NCBI GenBank assembly: GCA_025201805.1
Contig: MU619246.1
Location: 237,627 to 301,626 of the forward strand
Origin: Parasitella parasitica NRRL 2501
Taxonomy: Eukaryota > Fungi > Mucoromycota
Reading direction: 5' to 3'
DNA: 64,000 nucleotides
Shown here piece by piece: positions 11,506-23,690 of this stretch (positions are counted from its first letter, which is position 1; each line of letters starts with the position of its first letter). The notes below the pieces were generated by a model. It did not search any database, was not told where the DNA came from, and was given only the letters and a program-made list of their open reading frames with translations. Made by a program: the position numbers and the translations under genes.

Positions 11506-12672
11506 TCAATACAGGCACAATTTGCGTATTTCTTGTAGATCCTGTTTGTCAAGAGCGACTGTCCTTTTGATGCCTTGTATAAATGATGGGCCTACATTGT
11601 TGGAAGATGCTGCTGTCGGTGCTGCTGCTGCTACAGTAGACGATACTGTGACAATGTTTGCTGTTTTGTAACGAATTTGATCCAACACGATGCTGGGAAC
11701 ATCGTGCACTGGCCAGCTCACCATTTCTAAATGTTGTAGAGCCCGGCAATCCTGCAGCACATGAATCACACTATGATATCCGCCGGCATAGTTGCTGCAT
11801 CGTATAACCAATTGCCTCAATTGTTTAGTGTACTGTGATATAGCCCATAGTGTGTCGTTGCCCTCGCAGCGTATAGACAAATGTTGCAATTGAGCTCCAT
11901 ACATTCGAATTACCTCGCACAAAGAAGCCTCCTTTACTTGCTGCAATGAAATCGACAGATCTTTGACATGTAAGCAGTTTGATGTCAACAGCTGCAGAGC
12001 AGTGTCGTTGGCCATTGGCTTTCGGTTATGATTAGCGCCGAGGAACACACGGTTGAGATTCGGTGCGAAACTAAACAGTTGCCGAATGGCATCCGCTGAA
12101 AAGTCCGTCCACAGTAAATTAAGACTTGTCAAATTAGGTGCGTGGCATGTCGAAGCAGTTTTAGCTGTATTTGTTGCTGCTGTAATAGTAGTAGTAGTAG
12201 TAGTAGTAATAGTAGTGGTAATAGATGCTGCTGTTGCTGTTGCTGTTGAATCAGCGCTGGTAAGCTCGCAGTATTGGAAATCCAGATGTCTCAAACGAGG
12301 CAATGCAAACAAGGCTTGTCGGACCTTTTGTACAGATAACGAGAGAAAATCACGAAAGTAAAGACATCTTATATTAGACAATTGCTCAAGCAGTGACATG
12401 ACCAACCAGTGGCTATTGCCTCCCTGACGACATTTCAGTGTCAATATTTGAGTATGTAAGTTTACAGTTTCTTTGAGGTATAAGTTTCGTTGAAGGCCTT
12501 GTTCCAGCTGCTTAATGTGATTCCGATGTCCCAACTCAACATGTCGATATAATTTGGGCAAAAAGAGTTGATATCCCGCCATGGATGTAGAGCAAAGCCT
12601 TGCAAGGCTCTGCCTTGGTAAATGGCTTGCTATCATCTGCAATAATTCGTTTGGAAGTTGCAGTAAGTTCAT
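11506..12672 (-). CDS. F-box / leucine-rich repeat (RNI-like) protein
   Basis: N-terminal F-box (LLQLPNELLQMIASHLPRQSLARLCSTS), LxxLxL repeats and a Thr-rich insert; intronless, 388 aa. Confidence 0.85.
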   Translation of the reverse strand: MNLLQLPNELLQMIASHLPRQSLARLCSTSMAGYQLFLPKLYRHVELGHRNHIKQLEQGLQRNLYLKETVNLHTQILTLKCRQGGNSHWLVMSLLEQLSNIRCLYFRDFLSLSVQKVRQALFALPRLRHLDFQYCELTSADSTATATAASITTTITTTTTTTITAATNTAKTASTCHAPNLTSLNLLWTDFSADAIRQLFSFAPNLNRVFLGANHNRKPMANDTALQLLTSNCLHVKDLSISLQQVKEASLCEVIRMYGAQLQHLSIRCEGNDTLWAISQYTKQLRQLVIRCSNYAGGYHSVIHVLQDCRALQHLEMVSWPVHDVPSIVLDQIRYKTANIVTVSSTVAAAAPTAASSNNVGPSFIQGIKRTVALDKQDLQEIRKLCLY

Positions 12673-13825
12673 TTATTTAATAAAGAGAAGGTGTGAAAAA
12701 CAAAGAAAAAGGGATATTATTGAGAATTTATGGGCTTAAACGAACCGGACATTGGCCAAATTACACGTGATACAAGAATCTACATGGTACACTCGTTTCC
12801 GTTATCTGATCCTTTTTCGCATTGAACTGAACACATAATCCATTATCGGGTAAAATCAGTTGTACTTGGTCTTTGTATAACCTCGAGCTGTTTGTTTACT
12901 CATCAAAATTATAAGGCTCCTCCTGGAAGAACCATGGAAGTAAGAGACGAAAGAGCTAGTCCTACTCCTAAATTGAAAGTTTTTGTTACTCATTGGCATT
13001 TGTAGATACTTTGCCTCAGTATTCCTTTCATTATAGAAAGATTCTATCTGTTGCCATGCAGATCTCCTTCGGAATTCCTTGTGACAAGCTCAAGTTATAT
13101 TTATTACGCTCAATCATGAGATATGCTACAATGTTTACCTTTGATTTAATTTCGATCTCCATGCAAATTAACAAAATACCCATACAAATTATCAAGGGAT
13201 ATAATCCCTTTGCTATGTATACGTGTATCTAATTGTTAATTATATCAATGAAATAAAATGTCAAAATACAGTTGTTTCAATTCTTTTTTATAAAGCCCAA
13301 GTATTTTTTTTTGAGTATGTATGGATACTTTCTGAAAAAAGTGCACAATGGAATCATATTACAAAACACCCAGCTTATGGCCAATTATACTATTCAGAAA
13401 TTATAGATCGCTATGTGATAATCTTTTAGCAGTGTAAACCCTCTTCCTCTCTCCTGGAAAATCTTGAAAAAAAAAAACATGCAACCTCGCATTGATCCCA
13501 AGTGTCCCATGAAGCATTCCATATCTGTCATTACTAATCATGAAAACATGTAATCGCATTGTATCCTGCATTTTATTCGACCAAGATCCCTAGCGGTCAT
13601 GGATTGATAATTGCATCCAGATTCAATCATGCCATATTCTATCCTTGCCCAACTCTTTTTCCCTCTGTATCACTTATGACTGTGCTAATCTGATTTTACC
13701 ATGGAAGGTGTTTTTTTTTTAATTAAATAAGCACTTTATATACTACTCAATATAACAGGTTAAAAGATCATTTTGCAAAGGTAAAGTTTGTCGAATTTGT
13801 AATATATAAATAAAAATAAAAAAGT

Positions 13826-14332
13826 CTAGTGGCGAGCAGCAATCTTGATATTATCGAAAGCATCACGTTCAGCATACTCGGCAGCAACTTCATCAATGTA
13901 GGGTTGAAGATATCTGCTATCCTATGATTATCATCACAAGTCAGTGTCCCAATCCATTACACAAAAACATGTCTAAAAATGCTTACTTGGTTGGAGGTGA
14001 TCCACTTTTCCTTGGGTAAAAGTTGATGGCTCAAAGAACATTGTTGAGCAACACGAATACGGTAAGCACGGTCGTAAGCAGTACGAGGCTCGGCAATTTC
14101 GAGACGACGAAGAGCTTCTTGGACAAGTTCGCTCTCTTCAGAAATCAAATCATCATATTTAAGACCTACGGTGGCAACCGTATTAATTTATTTTTTTGGG
14201 ATGAAATCCGGTATCCCATAACTTACCAATTTGTCTGTAACCAGCAGCACTTGCGTATGCCTTGGACACAGGCTTCAAGAATCCAGAAAGAAGCTTGGAA
14301 TTTTGGACAAATGATTTGAGTGTCAAAGACAT
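13826..14332 (-). CDS. QCR7: Cytochrome bc1 complex subunit 7
   Basis: 3 exons: MSLTLKSFVQ...AAGYRQIG / LKYDDLISEESELVQEALRRL...RAYRIRVAQQCSLSHQLLPKEKW / DSRYLQPYIDEVAAEYAER...; matches the QCR7 signature. Confidence 0.95.
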
Positions 14333-14599
14333 TGTTTTATATGAGTTTATCTATATAAAATAGAGATAGAGTGGGGAGAAATGAAAGAAGAAATTGTAAA
14401 GGGAAACAAAAAAAAAAGTCAACCAAACACCCCTCCCCCATATTATTTTCGCCAGGTAAGCTCAGATCCCGCTGTAAAAACCTTCATTGTGCATTCCATC
14501 TTGGGTGACATCATGCTATTTGGAGATCGTACGGTAAATGCAGAGCTTGCCATGCCATCTGAGCCTTCAATTCAGTTTTATATTCTACGATAATGACCT

Positions 14600-15190
14600 A
14601 TTTTATAACATAATATTCAGCGAAACAGCTGCAGACTTTTCCTTGAATGTGTTCCAGTCTCTCCATCAACTCTCATCGTATGCTTTGTATCAAAGACAAT
14701 ACAACTCTACATTGCGAGATTTGAATTACCAGCTTTTTGTTTTGGGTCGATTTTGACATTCCACACGAACTCACCCATATCGGTACCATAGATGTATTTT
14801 ATCCAAAATTTGCTCAGAAAGTAATATCCGAATACAGTCGCTCTATTGAATGATACTTTTTGCGAAATGATTAAACGTAAACCGGTTGAGAAATCACCAA
14901 GAAACATCAATAATAGCATATCTTGGAGAGCACCTGAATTGAATTGCAATTCAAATAGAAATGTTATATCATGTAATCCCTTGAAAATATTCTTATGATC
15001 TCTTGTGTATTTCTTTTTTGTTATATTGATTGCTATGTGGAAGTAGGCCACTAGGGAACTATCGAGAGGCGGGCGCAATTGAGAGAAGTTACAGTCTATT
15101 GAATTCGGTGGAAAATCCTTGGATAGAATTTGCTGTTTTGTAGGAGGGGCAGAAGTTAAAATTTGCCATTGACTCCATCCTCATCATGGC
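14600..15190 (-). pseudogene. Unidentified open frame, possibly a decayed gene
   Basis: ~150-codon stop-free minus frame (includes ORF 14707-15078) with no clear in-frame ATG and no recognisable motif. Confidence 0.2.
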
Positions 15191-16063
15191 TCACGTTTAA
15201 TTTAGCTGACAACATCGAGTTATTTGAAAGGTGACAAAATCACTCGATGTATATCACAAGTAAAGTTGCTAAGATTGTTTTAGATACAAGCAGCAATATT
15301 AGCTTGGTTTTCACAGCAAAAAGTGCTTTTTCAACTGATTACTGATTGATTAGCAGTTGTTTTAGTATGCACAGAGGCATAACAAATATAACGTAATACA
15401 CAAGCATTGTAGTAAGATAAATAGCGCATGAGGGTCGTTGAAAAAGTAGTTTTAATCGTTGAACCAGTGCTTAAAAGTATATTTAAAAGGCTTGGTTGTA
15501 CATGTGCAAGGATATTGACTGAGGCAATAGCCAACTGAAAATTGCAACGATTATGATACATTTTTTCTATGCATTCAAAGCAGCGAAAGGCTTTATGCCT
15601 AACACAGGCTTTCAGAAAGAAAGAAAAAAGCAAAATAGTGATGATCATGCCTGTTTTCATTATATAGAAAAGGATGGAAATAGATACTTTAATCAATGTT
15701 GCCTAATGAACAGTAATGATTGTGACATTAATGTTCATCTGTCTGACAAAGTTTTCCCATTAATGCTATATGATTAGCTTATCATACAGTTCACCTTGGA
15801 AATGATTGCAACTTTTCCAATAAAAGTCAATTTACATCTTTTCTTTTTAATGATTGTTTAGTTTTCCACTTGTCTAGTACAATGTTTGGCTTTACCATTA
15901 GCTGCTATATTGTAGTTTATACACAAGGCTCGTGCCAAGGTTGCTGGCTCATGAAGATGTTGAATCACCGATGAAGTGGTGGGTATCGAAGACCATGAAA
16001 ATTCAAGTAGACCTCTCTCTTTTTTTTGTTTTTTTTTTTTACATTTGCATTAATTAGGACTAG

Positions 16064-19000
16064 ATGAATTCTGAAAAAGAAGACCCAGCTATTTTGACAT
16101 TAAAGCGCGATATCCAGCAGCACCTTCAGCACATCAAAGCTCTTCATTGGAGCAGTGTCGACAAGAAAGAGAAAGGAGACAGCAGAGCTTATACCCACGT
16201 CAATGACAAGACGCTTGTTACAACCTATAAAGTCACTGAGGATTTTACGCCAAAGCACTACAACAGCACGATTCTCGACCATTACCGAGCATCCTTGTCC
16301 ACCGTTGAATTGCGCAGTCAATGTATGTGTTCAAGAGTTACAATAGGTTGTGTGTGAAATGTGAGGCTTCATTTTGCATAAATTAGGGTGTCCTTGGTTG
16401 AAGAACATACAGTTGGTCAAAAGACACGATTGCGGCATTACATCATTGCGAGGGGACATGGTGGATGTAGATAATGTGGAGCAGTAAGTGCTGGATGCTT
16501 TTGCGGGTCTCGATCTGCCACTCATTGATTTTGTACAGCGAGGTAGCTTGGCTGGAGCAGACAACTTGCACCAAACAGACTGTCCAGTTCATTGCTGCGT
16601 CCTCAACGCTGGAATTTTATTTCGCCATAGAGATCAATGAGAATCGATTCGATGCTAATGCTACAACAGCAGCACGTGCGACTATTTACCTCCAATGGAT
16701 GAAACCAACGCTTTCCACGCCCTCAGCAACGTTGACTCGATTGATCCAACTTGAGCCTTACCCGTGGATTAGCCAGTGCGACCAAGCTATTGCTGTCAGG
16801 AAGCTAGAGTATGATAAAGATGGAAGATGCCGGATAGACTACGTTTACCAGCAGAAGCTCGAAGAAATGGGCCAACTGCCGCATGCAGCTGTTGATATTC
16901 GCCAGAAAATAAACCATCCCAGCAGATGGCACAGTGGATCATGGGATCAACAACAACAAACAGTTCGGAAAAACAAGTTTCTAACTTCATCCTCGCTGCT
17001 GTTCGGCTCTTCCTCTGCTAATTCGTCGCCCCAGCTACGTCCAATTACTGCCAACTCCTCTTACCCTGATAAACAGCATAGCAACAGCATGATGATGATG
17101 ATGCCCTGGCTAGTTGCAGAAGACGATGAGGAAGATCGGCGAGCCAGCAGTACCGCATCAGCGTACAGGCTCGATAAAGACGAATTGAGAATCCAAGTCG
17201 CATATATACCCCATATCACCATCACCCTGCCCGAAAGACTGAGATGGTCTGATAAGTTTGCGCAGCTTTGTGTTCGCTGTTACCGCCGCCAGCCTCATGA
17301 AAGTTATGTGATCCAGATACTGCATCCGCAGAAAATGATACAGTATTTTATAGAGGAGGAGGAGGAGGAAGAAGAGTCTATGAGATTAGATGATGATGAA
17401 GACCCAATGCCAGTCAGTGTCACTATCAGCAAATCAAACAGCCAAAAGTTTATAGTCAACAAAAACGAGTGGCCAATCCGGCCTTGGGCATTTTCTAGCG
17501 ACGAAGACGAGGACGACGATGATGGCCATCAGGATGACAAGAAGCAGGAGGACGACATTTTTGTAGATGGCATGGAAGAGCTTGCACAAGAATCCAGTGT
17601 GACAACCATCACACCGGCCATATCTTCATCGCCGCATTCTTCTTCGACCCTGATGCAAACTATGTCCGATTCAGCAAAGGGCAAAGAAAAAACTGCGGAT
17701 AATAATGCAATGTCTGAGGTGCATCCTCTGATGGAAGAGATACAGCCACTACACACTACCCCTGAGCCCGACCTTCCGCACAAGGAAGACATAGAAGAGC
17801 AAGACGAATTCAAATCATTCGAAAGCAAAATACCAGTGAGCGATCCGGCTGCTCTACAAAAGATCTCTCCGCAGTTCAACGAGTATCTCCAGTCTTCAAT
17901 CGCAGCTACAGTCGTGCAATCGCCTGCCAGAGAGAATGGGGACGTCGTTATTAGGAAGATCGATATAGCCAACCACCCTCTTGGCGGATTTCTGAGCGAG
18001 TCTACCTGGAATAATTGCAGCATTTGGGACATCAAGGCTGTTTTAGAAAGCACAGGCGCACGCAAGATTTGGGACAATACATTTGAGAACAGTACATATC
18101 TACATGCACTGACGCCCACGAGCTCTCTCTGGCATACAAAAATGAAGGGCACATGGCCCGTGAGTCCTCGGGATTATGTGTGCTTTCATGGCCAATACGC
18201 ATCGCCTTATCGCATCGATCTGCTCACTACGTCTTGTTTTGGAGACTCTTTTCAATACAAGCCATTACCGGCGGTTGTTGCCGGATACACACGCGCAACG
18301 ATGGATGTTATGGGCTGGAGACTGGAGCGCATGGATGACAGAACCGCATCTGTAAAGCAGGTATTGGTTACCCAGTTTCCCACTTGGGTGGTTCACTATA
18401 TCACCAGTCGGTTTATTGTCCAAACATGTGCTGCTGTTCAGTCTGCTAGAGAATACTTTGAGACATTCGGTGCTCCTCCAAGCTTGGAGTACTTGACCTG
18501 TGCCCAACTAGTCAATGTCAAGCATGACCATGAACGCAAAAATTGGAGATGCGAATACACTCGTCGATTAGCTACCTCCGAGAAGGATGCCCCAGATTGC
18601 ACGAATCAGAATACAAATACAGCCGCAGAGAGCAGCGCTTCCGACGCAACGAACAGCTCTCTGAGCACCATCTCGGTTGTTCGCTTAGATCAACGGCGCT
18701 GGGCAACCAACAATCACTATGCAGTTGTCATCGACCCTCCCCCATCTCGGGTGTCTGCGCTGCAAAAGGCATGTGACCCTTACGGCGTCTGGCTAACGGT
18801 CGAGCACGACGAAGCATTTATCATACCTTTGCGGGGAAAGATTTTGGTTTTGATCAAACCAGACGAATCCGCTGTAGCCAGAAAACCTGCTAACGAGCAA
18901 CAAAAACAACAGCGGCAGTACAAGGATTGCACGCTTAATGTAAATGGCAATGCGATTGTCATTGAAAAGGAACAGCGAATGCCGCTACTGCCCATGCCGA

Positions 19001-21527
19001 ACAGAATAAAGCAAACGTCATTTTCACAAAACTTCCTCAAGCAGGAGGAGCAAGATATTATGTCCAAGATAGTTCCTCCAGCCCCTGTTGCCCTTAAAAA
19101 GAGAAATCCGGCCCCAATAGCCATGACAGAGGAAGCCAAGATTAATGAAGCACTGAACGGTTTACCTGTATTTCCCAAAGAGCATGCCCAAGCAGCCCTG
19201 TCTTTCTTGAAACTTACTGACGAGCAGTTTGGCTGGACAGTTTTATCTGACAATAATAAATCCGGCATTCGTATAAGCAAGAAGCCCGGTGTGAAGAGCA
19301 CCAGCGCTGCCACTGCTGCTGCCAATACTGCCTTGAATCCAAAGGCTGATGATAAACCCGATACAGGCGCAATGTTGCAAGTGTTTGATCCTTACATGAT
19401 TTACAAGGGGTCCAAGGTCATTGAAAACTTTTCTATAGACGAGATCCGGTCTGTTATAACTGATATTGGGCATATCCGTGCATTGTACGACGACACGATT
19501 GAGCCCAGAACAGACCTCATACGCCAGGATGATGAATCAGGCTGTAGGATTATTCGCCAGTCGGTCAAGGCATTGTTTCCTTTCAAGAACCGAGAAATCT
19601 ACGCCGTCTCATGCCTGGCTCAAGAGGAGCTATCGTCCTTGTCCAACACAAAACGCACACTGTACGTTGAAAGCTCATTACCCGACTTTCCCTTGATCAA
19701 TCCCAAAAAGACAAGGGGCCATTTGATGATGTCGGGTTGGATACTGGAACCTATTGACCCCTACAACACAACCACTGCCAATCATCCTATCCCATCGACC
19801 CGAGTGATTTATGTAGCGGCATTAGATCTAGGGGCCTCAGTGCCTTCTTATATCAGTAACTTGGTAGCCAATAACTGGTTTCCTAAGAAGCTGCAGGCCG
19901 TAGAGGCCTATTTGAATTCCAAAGGCCCTCCTCCTGTGACATTGCAGCCGTTCCCGTTGCTGGTCTTTTCAAACAATGCCTTGTCAAAGGCACAGCAAGA
20001 CAATGTAGAATGGACATGTATTCACTCGAGCTACGATCAAAAGCACAACTTCAAGGTTACAAATCGCCTTAGGATAATGGCTGAACAGAAAAAGACTCGT
20101 TTGGAAGACGTCCAGCCTACTGCGTCCTCCAGTGCTTCATTAGAGCCGCCTTTCCGCAGACCAAGTAACCATACGTTGACACCAGAGTCGAGGCGAGGAT
20201 CATTGCCAACCAATACCTTGCCCAAAAAGCGCATTGCAGCCTCAAAGACAACAATAACGACAACAACCGCAACAATAACAACAACAGCTGCAGCTGCAAC
20301 AACGGAGCCTGCTCTGACTGCATCATCGTCATCTACTGATGCAGCTAGTCCGATGACATATCGAGCATTGACATGTTTGCAGGCTACATTCGATCTGCGG
20401 CCTTATACCAAAGGCTACGAAATCCAAGCGCAATTCTACCAGCAGACTCCAGAAAAGCGCAAAAATATCTCCAACAAGTTGGAGCTATGCATCTCAGAAC
20501 CTCCATTATCTAACCTGATGGGTGGCAGCAAGAAAATGAAGCACACTGTAACTATTACAGTACAGGGCTTATCAGCATCAAGTGTCTACGAGCTGGAGTT
20601 TAGCTTGATTCCTGCGCGACAAGAGACATTGAACAACAAGACTGCTCAGTTGACCGTGTCTCATGTGCTGGGCGAGGATCAGGTAGACGATGGAAGCTGG
20701 CGCGGTGTCATTTTAGTGAACGGCGTTGAAGCAAGCGTCAATTCTGATATCAAGCTGAAAGCATTGCACGAAGACAGCTTGGACAGCCGCAACGCCAACA
20801 AGAGCACTAATAGTGGCAGCTCAGAAGCAGCATTTTCCGCAAAGGAAACTGGCTCTACAGATGGTTTGGAAGGCATACCAGGCATACCAGGCATACCAGG
20901 CACAGGCGCCTCTGAAGACCAGCTAGAGCCCCTCGAGGAAAAGATAGCTGTTACAGAAGAAGAGGTGCAATATATGGGCGGTGGCGTCGTAGCTAATGCC
21001 TTGGTCAATGTCTCTGCAGGTGTCAATGTAAGTGACTGAACCATGTCCCAACGTATGCACAGTCATCTAATGCCGAGTTTAATTAGAACTTTGGCGCTCG
21101 TATGATGAGCCCCTTTAGAGCAGCATCTAATTCGTTTTTACTATCAAACAACGAGCATGTTGCTCAAGACGTATCCTCGTCCGAAGATGAGCATAGAGAG
21201 CGTCATAAAAGTCGAGTTTTTACCAGAGAAGAACAGAGCAACATTAATGCGTCAACAACGACAATGCATGAAATTCGGCTGCTCCGCAAGTCTTCTGATA
21301 CAATGCGAAAGGGCATGCTGCTATTACTGATTTGCTTGGGCCTAGCAGTGGTGTTTGCGTTATTAATGTTACAACCCATGCTGGAGAGGTACTACGCTTC
21401 ATTCACTGTGTCGTCCACAGTAGCCTCTTTGAATAGCTCCATAGATAGAGGCGTTGTTCGTAGGCTAATGCAAATTCCTTGGTTTGGAGGCTGGGATATT
21501 CAGCTGATTGCAGTTCGCAGAGCTTAA
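16064..21527 (+). CDS. Large multi-START (StAR-related lipid transfer) domain protein with a C-terminal transmembrane helix
   Basis: START-like segments (ARKIWDNTFE...WPVSPRDYV; LYDDTIE...FPFKNREIY...SGWILEP) and a C-terminal hydrophobic helix (MLLLLICLGLAVVFALLML). Introns at ~16323-16386, ~16485-16539 and ~21028-21087. Confidence 0.8.
20872..20901 (+). repeat. (GGCATACCA)x3 coding tandem repeat (GIP-GIP-GIP-G)
   Basis: Perfect 9-bp units read directly from the sequence. Confidence 0.9.
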
Positions 21528-22530
21528 TAAACTCAACATGTACTTTAATTTGATATTGGGGAATCACAGAATGAGAATATAGACTTTGAGATTCATGAAG
21601 GCTAAAGAGAGATGATATTTGAAGATATTGAAAGCACACAGTACGTAGAATATAGGGATCTTTTGAGATTGGTAAATGGAGCCATGCTTGGCAGTCCAGC
21701 TTTACAATGAAATTCAGCCCTATCAGAATAAGATTACTGGACTAACCCATCGTATTGTTGCAGCATCGAAGCCGAAGTGCAGCTTGCTGAACGAATACCA
21801 GCGTACCGGCCTCGGAGCAAGCCTTGATCAAACATTACTCATTTAGAACCTCAGGCTGATACTGATGGTCTCCAATGGAACGGCCATTCTCATTTGGAAA
21901 AGAACCTTGTTACTAGAGGTATTATGCGTTTCTAATTCATCACCTTTTCTCCTTCACTGGTAAAATTCGACAACATTCATAACTTGTTTTTGGAATCGGT
22001 AATATGCTAGTTTGGCACTGGTACATTTTGATTAACTGCCAAATAGCTTTTTTGCTTTGCCAAGTACCGTATAAAGATGGTTTCCCAGTTTAACGAGCCT
22101 TGTTTTACCACGTTCTTGGAAAAGATGCATTTTGACTGAAAAGGAAATGCCGCGCTGAAATGCTCGAGTGTCTGCCGTGCAGGTAAACCAACATTTAATA
22201 TTGGAATACAAGGCTTTTTACCAAACAACGACGATTGCATTGATGGAAGCGTAGCTTGATCAAAACCAAAATTATAAAAGAACAAATCAGAACATTTATA
22301 TTACTATTGAAAAAAATTATGAGGCCTGGTCTCGAGTTTGCACAAAATCGAGACGATGAACAAATAGCATGAGATTTGTTGCAAGCAATGTCTGATTATG
22401 ATGAAATAAAGGTCCAAGTCGGCATCTCAATCAATATTACTTCAAGTGTGGGGCTGCACTCTTGCCTACAAAAAATGTCTTACCCTAGTTTGAAGCGTCT
22501 TGCTTTTTCAATCTGCATTTTATTGGTACA

Positions 22531-23593
22531 ATGATTGCTACTCGTCGTTTCCTTACATCTGTTGCTCCTCGCATAGCTTTGAGCGCCACTGTTCGTCCTT
22601 CTGTTATTGCACCTCCCACCGTCCGTAAGGCTGTTGCATCTACTAGCATTTCCCGTTTTTTGAACACCAATGCTATTGAACAAAAGCGCGCTACGGTTCA
22701 ACGTAAAGAGTTGCCTTTAATTGCAGTTTTATATTTTTTTTTGTAGCTAACATTTCTTATTTGCCATGTAGATCCTGCTCCTCAATGGTCTGCTAGCGCT
22801 CTTGTCGATGGCGAATTCAAGGAACTAGCCTTGTCTGATTATAAGGGAAAGTTTGTAGTCATGGTCTTTTACCCAGCAGACTTTACCTTTGTTTGCCCTA
22901 CTGAACTTTTGGCTTTCAGCGATCGTATCGAAGAATTCAGAGCGAGGGGCGCCGAAGTTGTTGGCATCAGTGTAGAGTAAGTTTGTATACGAGCAATAGA
23001 TATTTGACATTTCATATACTAAAGTCCCGTCCAGCAACGTTCATTCTCATTTAGGTAATATATTAAATGTTTTTCTTAATCTTTTTGTGAATACTGAAAA
23101 TTAATAATGTAGCTTGGACAAATCTCCCTAGAAAAAAAGGTGGTCTTGGTGCTATCAGCATTCCTCTTGGTGAGTTTCGTTGTTTGCTAGAATTTTTTGA
23201 AGGTGGGGGGGGGGGAATACTTAATAATCATGTTCATTTTACGTAGTTTCTGATATCAAAAAGGAGATTTCCACCAACTACAATGGTAAGCATGTATATG
23301 CAGAGTGAATGGGCTTTTATCGTTAATTATGCAACATTTCAATAGTTTTGATCCCTGAGGAAGGTTTGTCTCTTCGTGGTTTGTTTGTCATTGATCCCAA
23401 AGGTACTCTCCGTATCAGCACCATCCACGACTTGCCTATTGGTCGTTCGGTGGATGAGACTTTGAGAGTCATTGATGCGATTCAATTTACGGATGAGCAT
23501 GGCGAAGTTTGTCCTGCCAACTGGCAAAAGGGTGAAAAGACAATCAAGCCTGACCCCAAGGGCTCTCAAGCTTACTTTGACAGCGCCAATTAA
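22531..23593 (+). CDS. Typical 2-Cys peroxiredoxin (AhpC/Prx1 family) with a predicted mitochondrial presequence; 6 exons
   Basis: [13 protein letters not shown] (peroxidatic Cys), [12 protein letters not shown] (resolving Cys) and C-terminal YF. The N-terminal extension is Arg/Ala/Ser-rich and acid-free. Confidence 0.93.
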
Positions 23594-23690
23594 CAAGACA
23601 ATAAATACTATATGCTTGTCGAGTTTGATTTATTGTGTGAATTGAAGGGCGTAGTTTCAGTATTTGCAGAACCCGCATTTTGATGAAATA

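Noticed and set aside
14450-14465. Minus-strand CTTACCTGG resembling the U1 snRNA 5' end
   Set aside because: Lacks the ATAC start and any following U1 structure or Sm site; lies in the QCR7 promoter.
21650-21960. GC-richer intergenic stretch
   Set aside because: No sustained reading frame or RNA structure found by eye.
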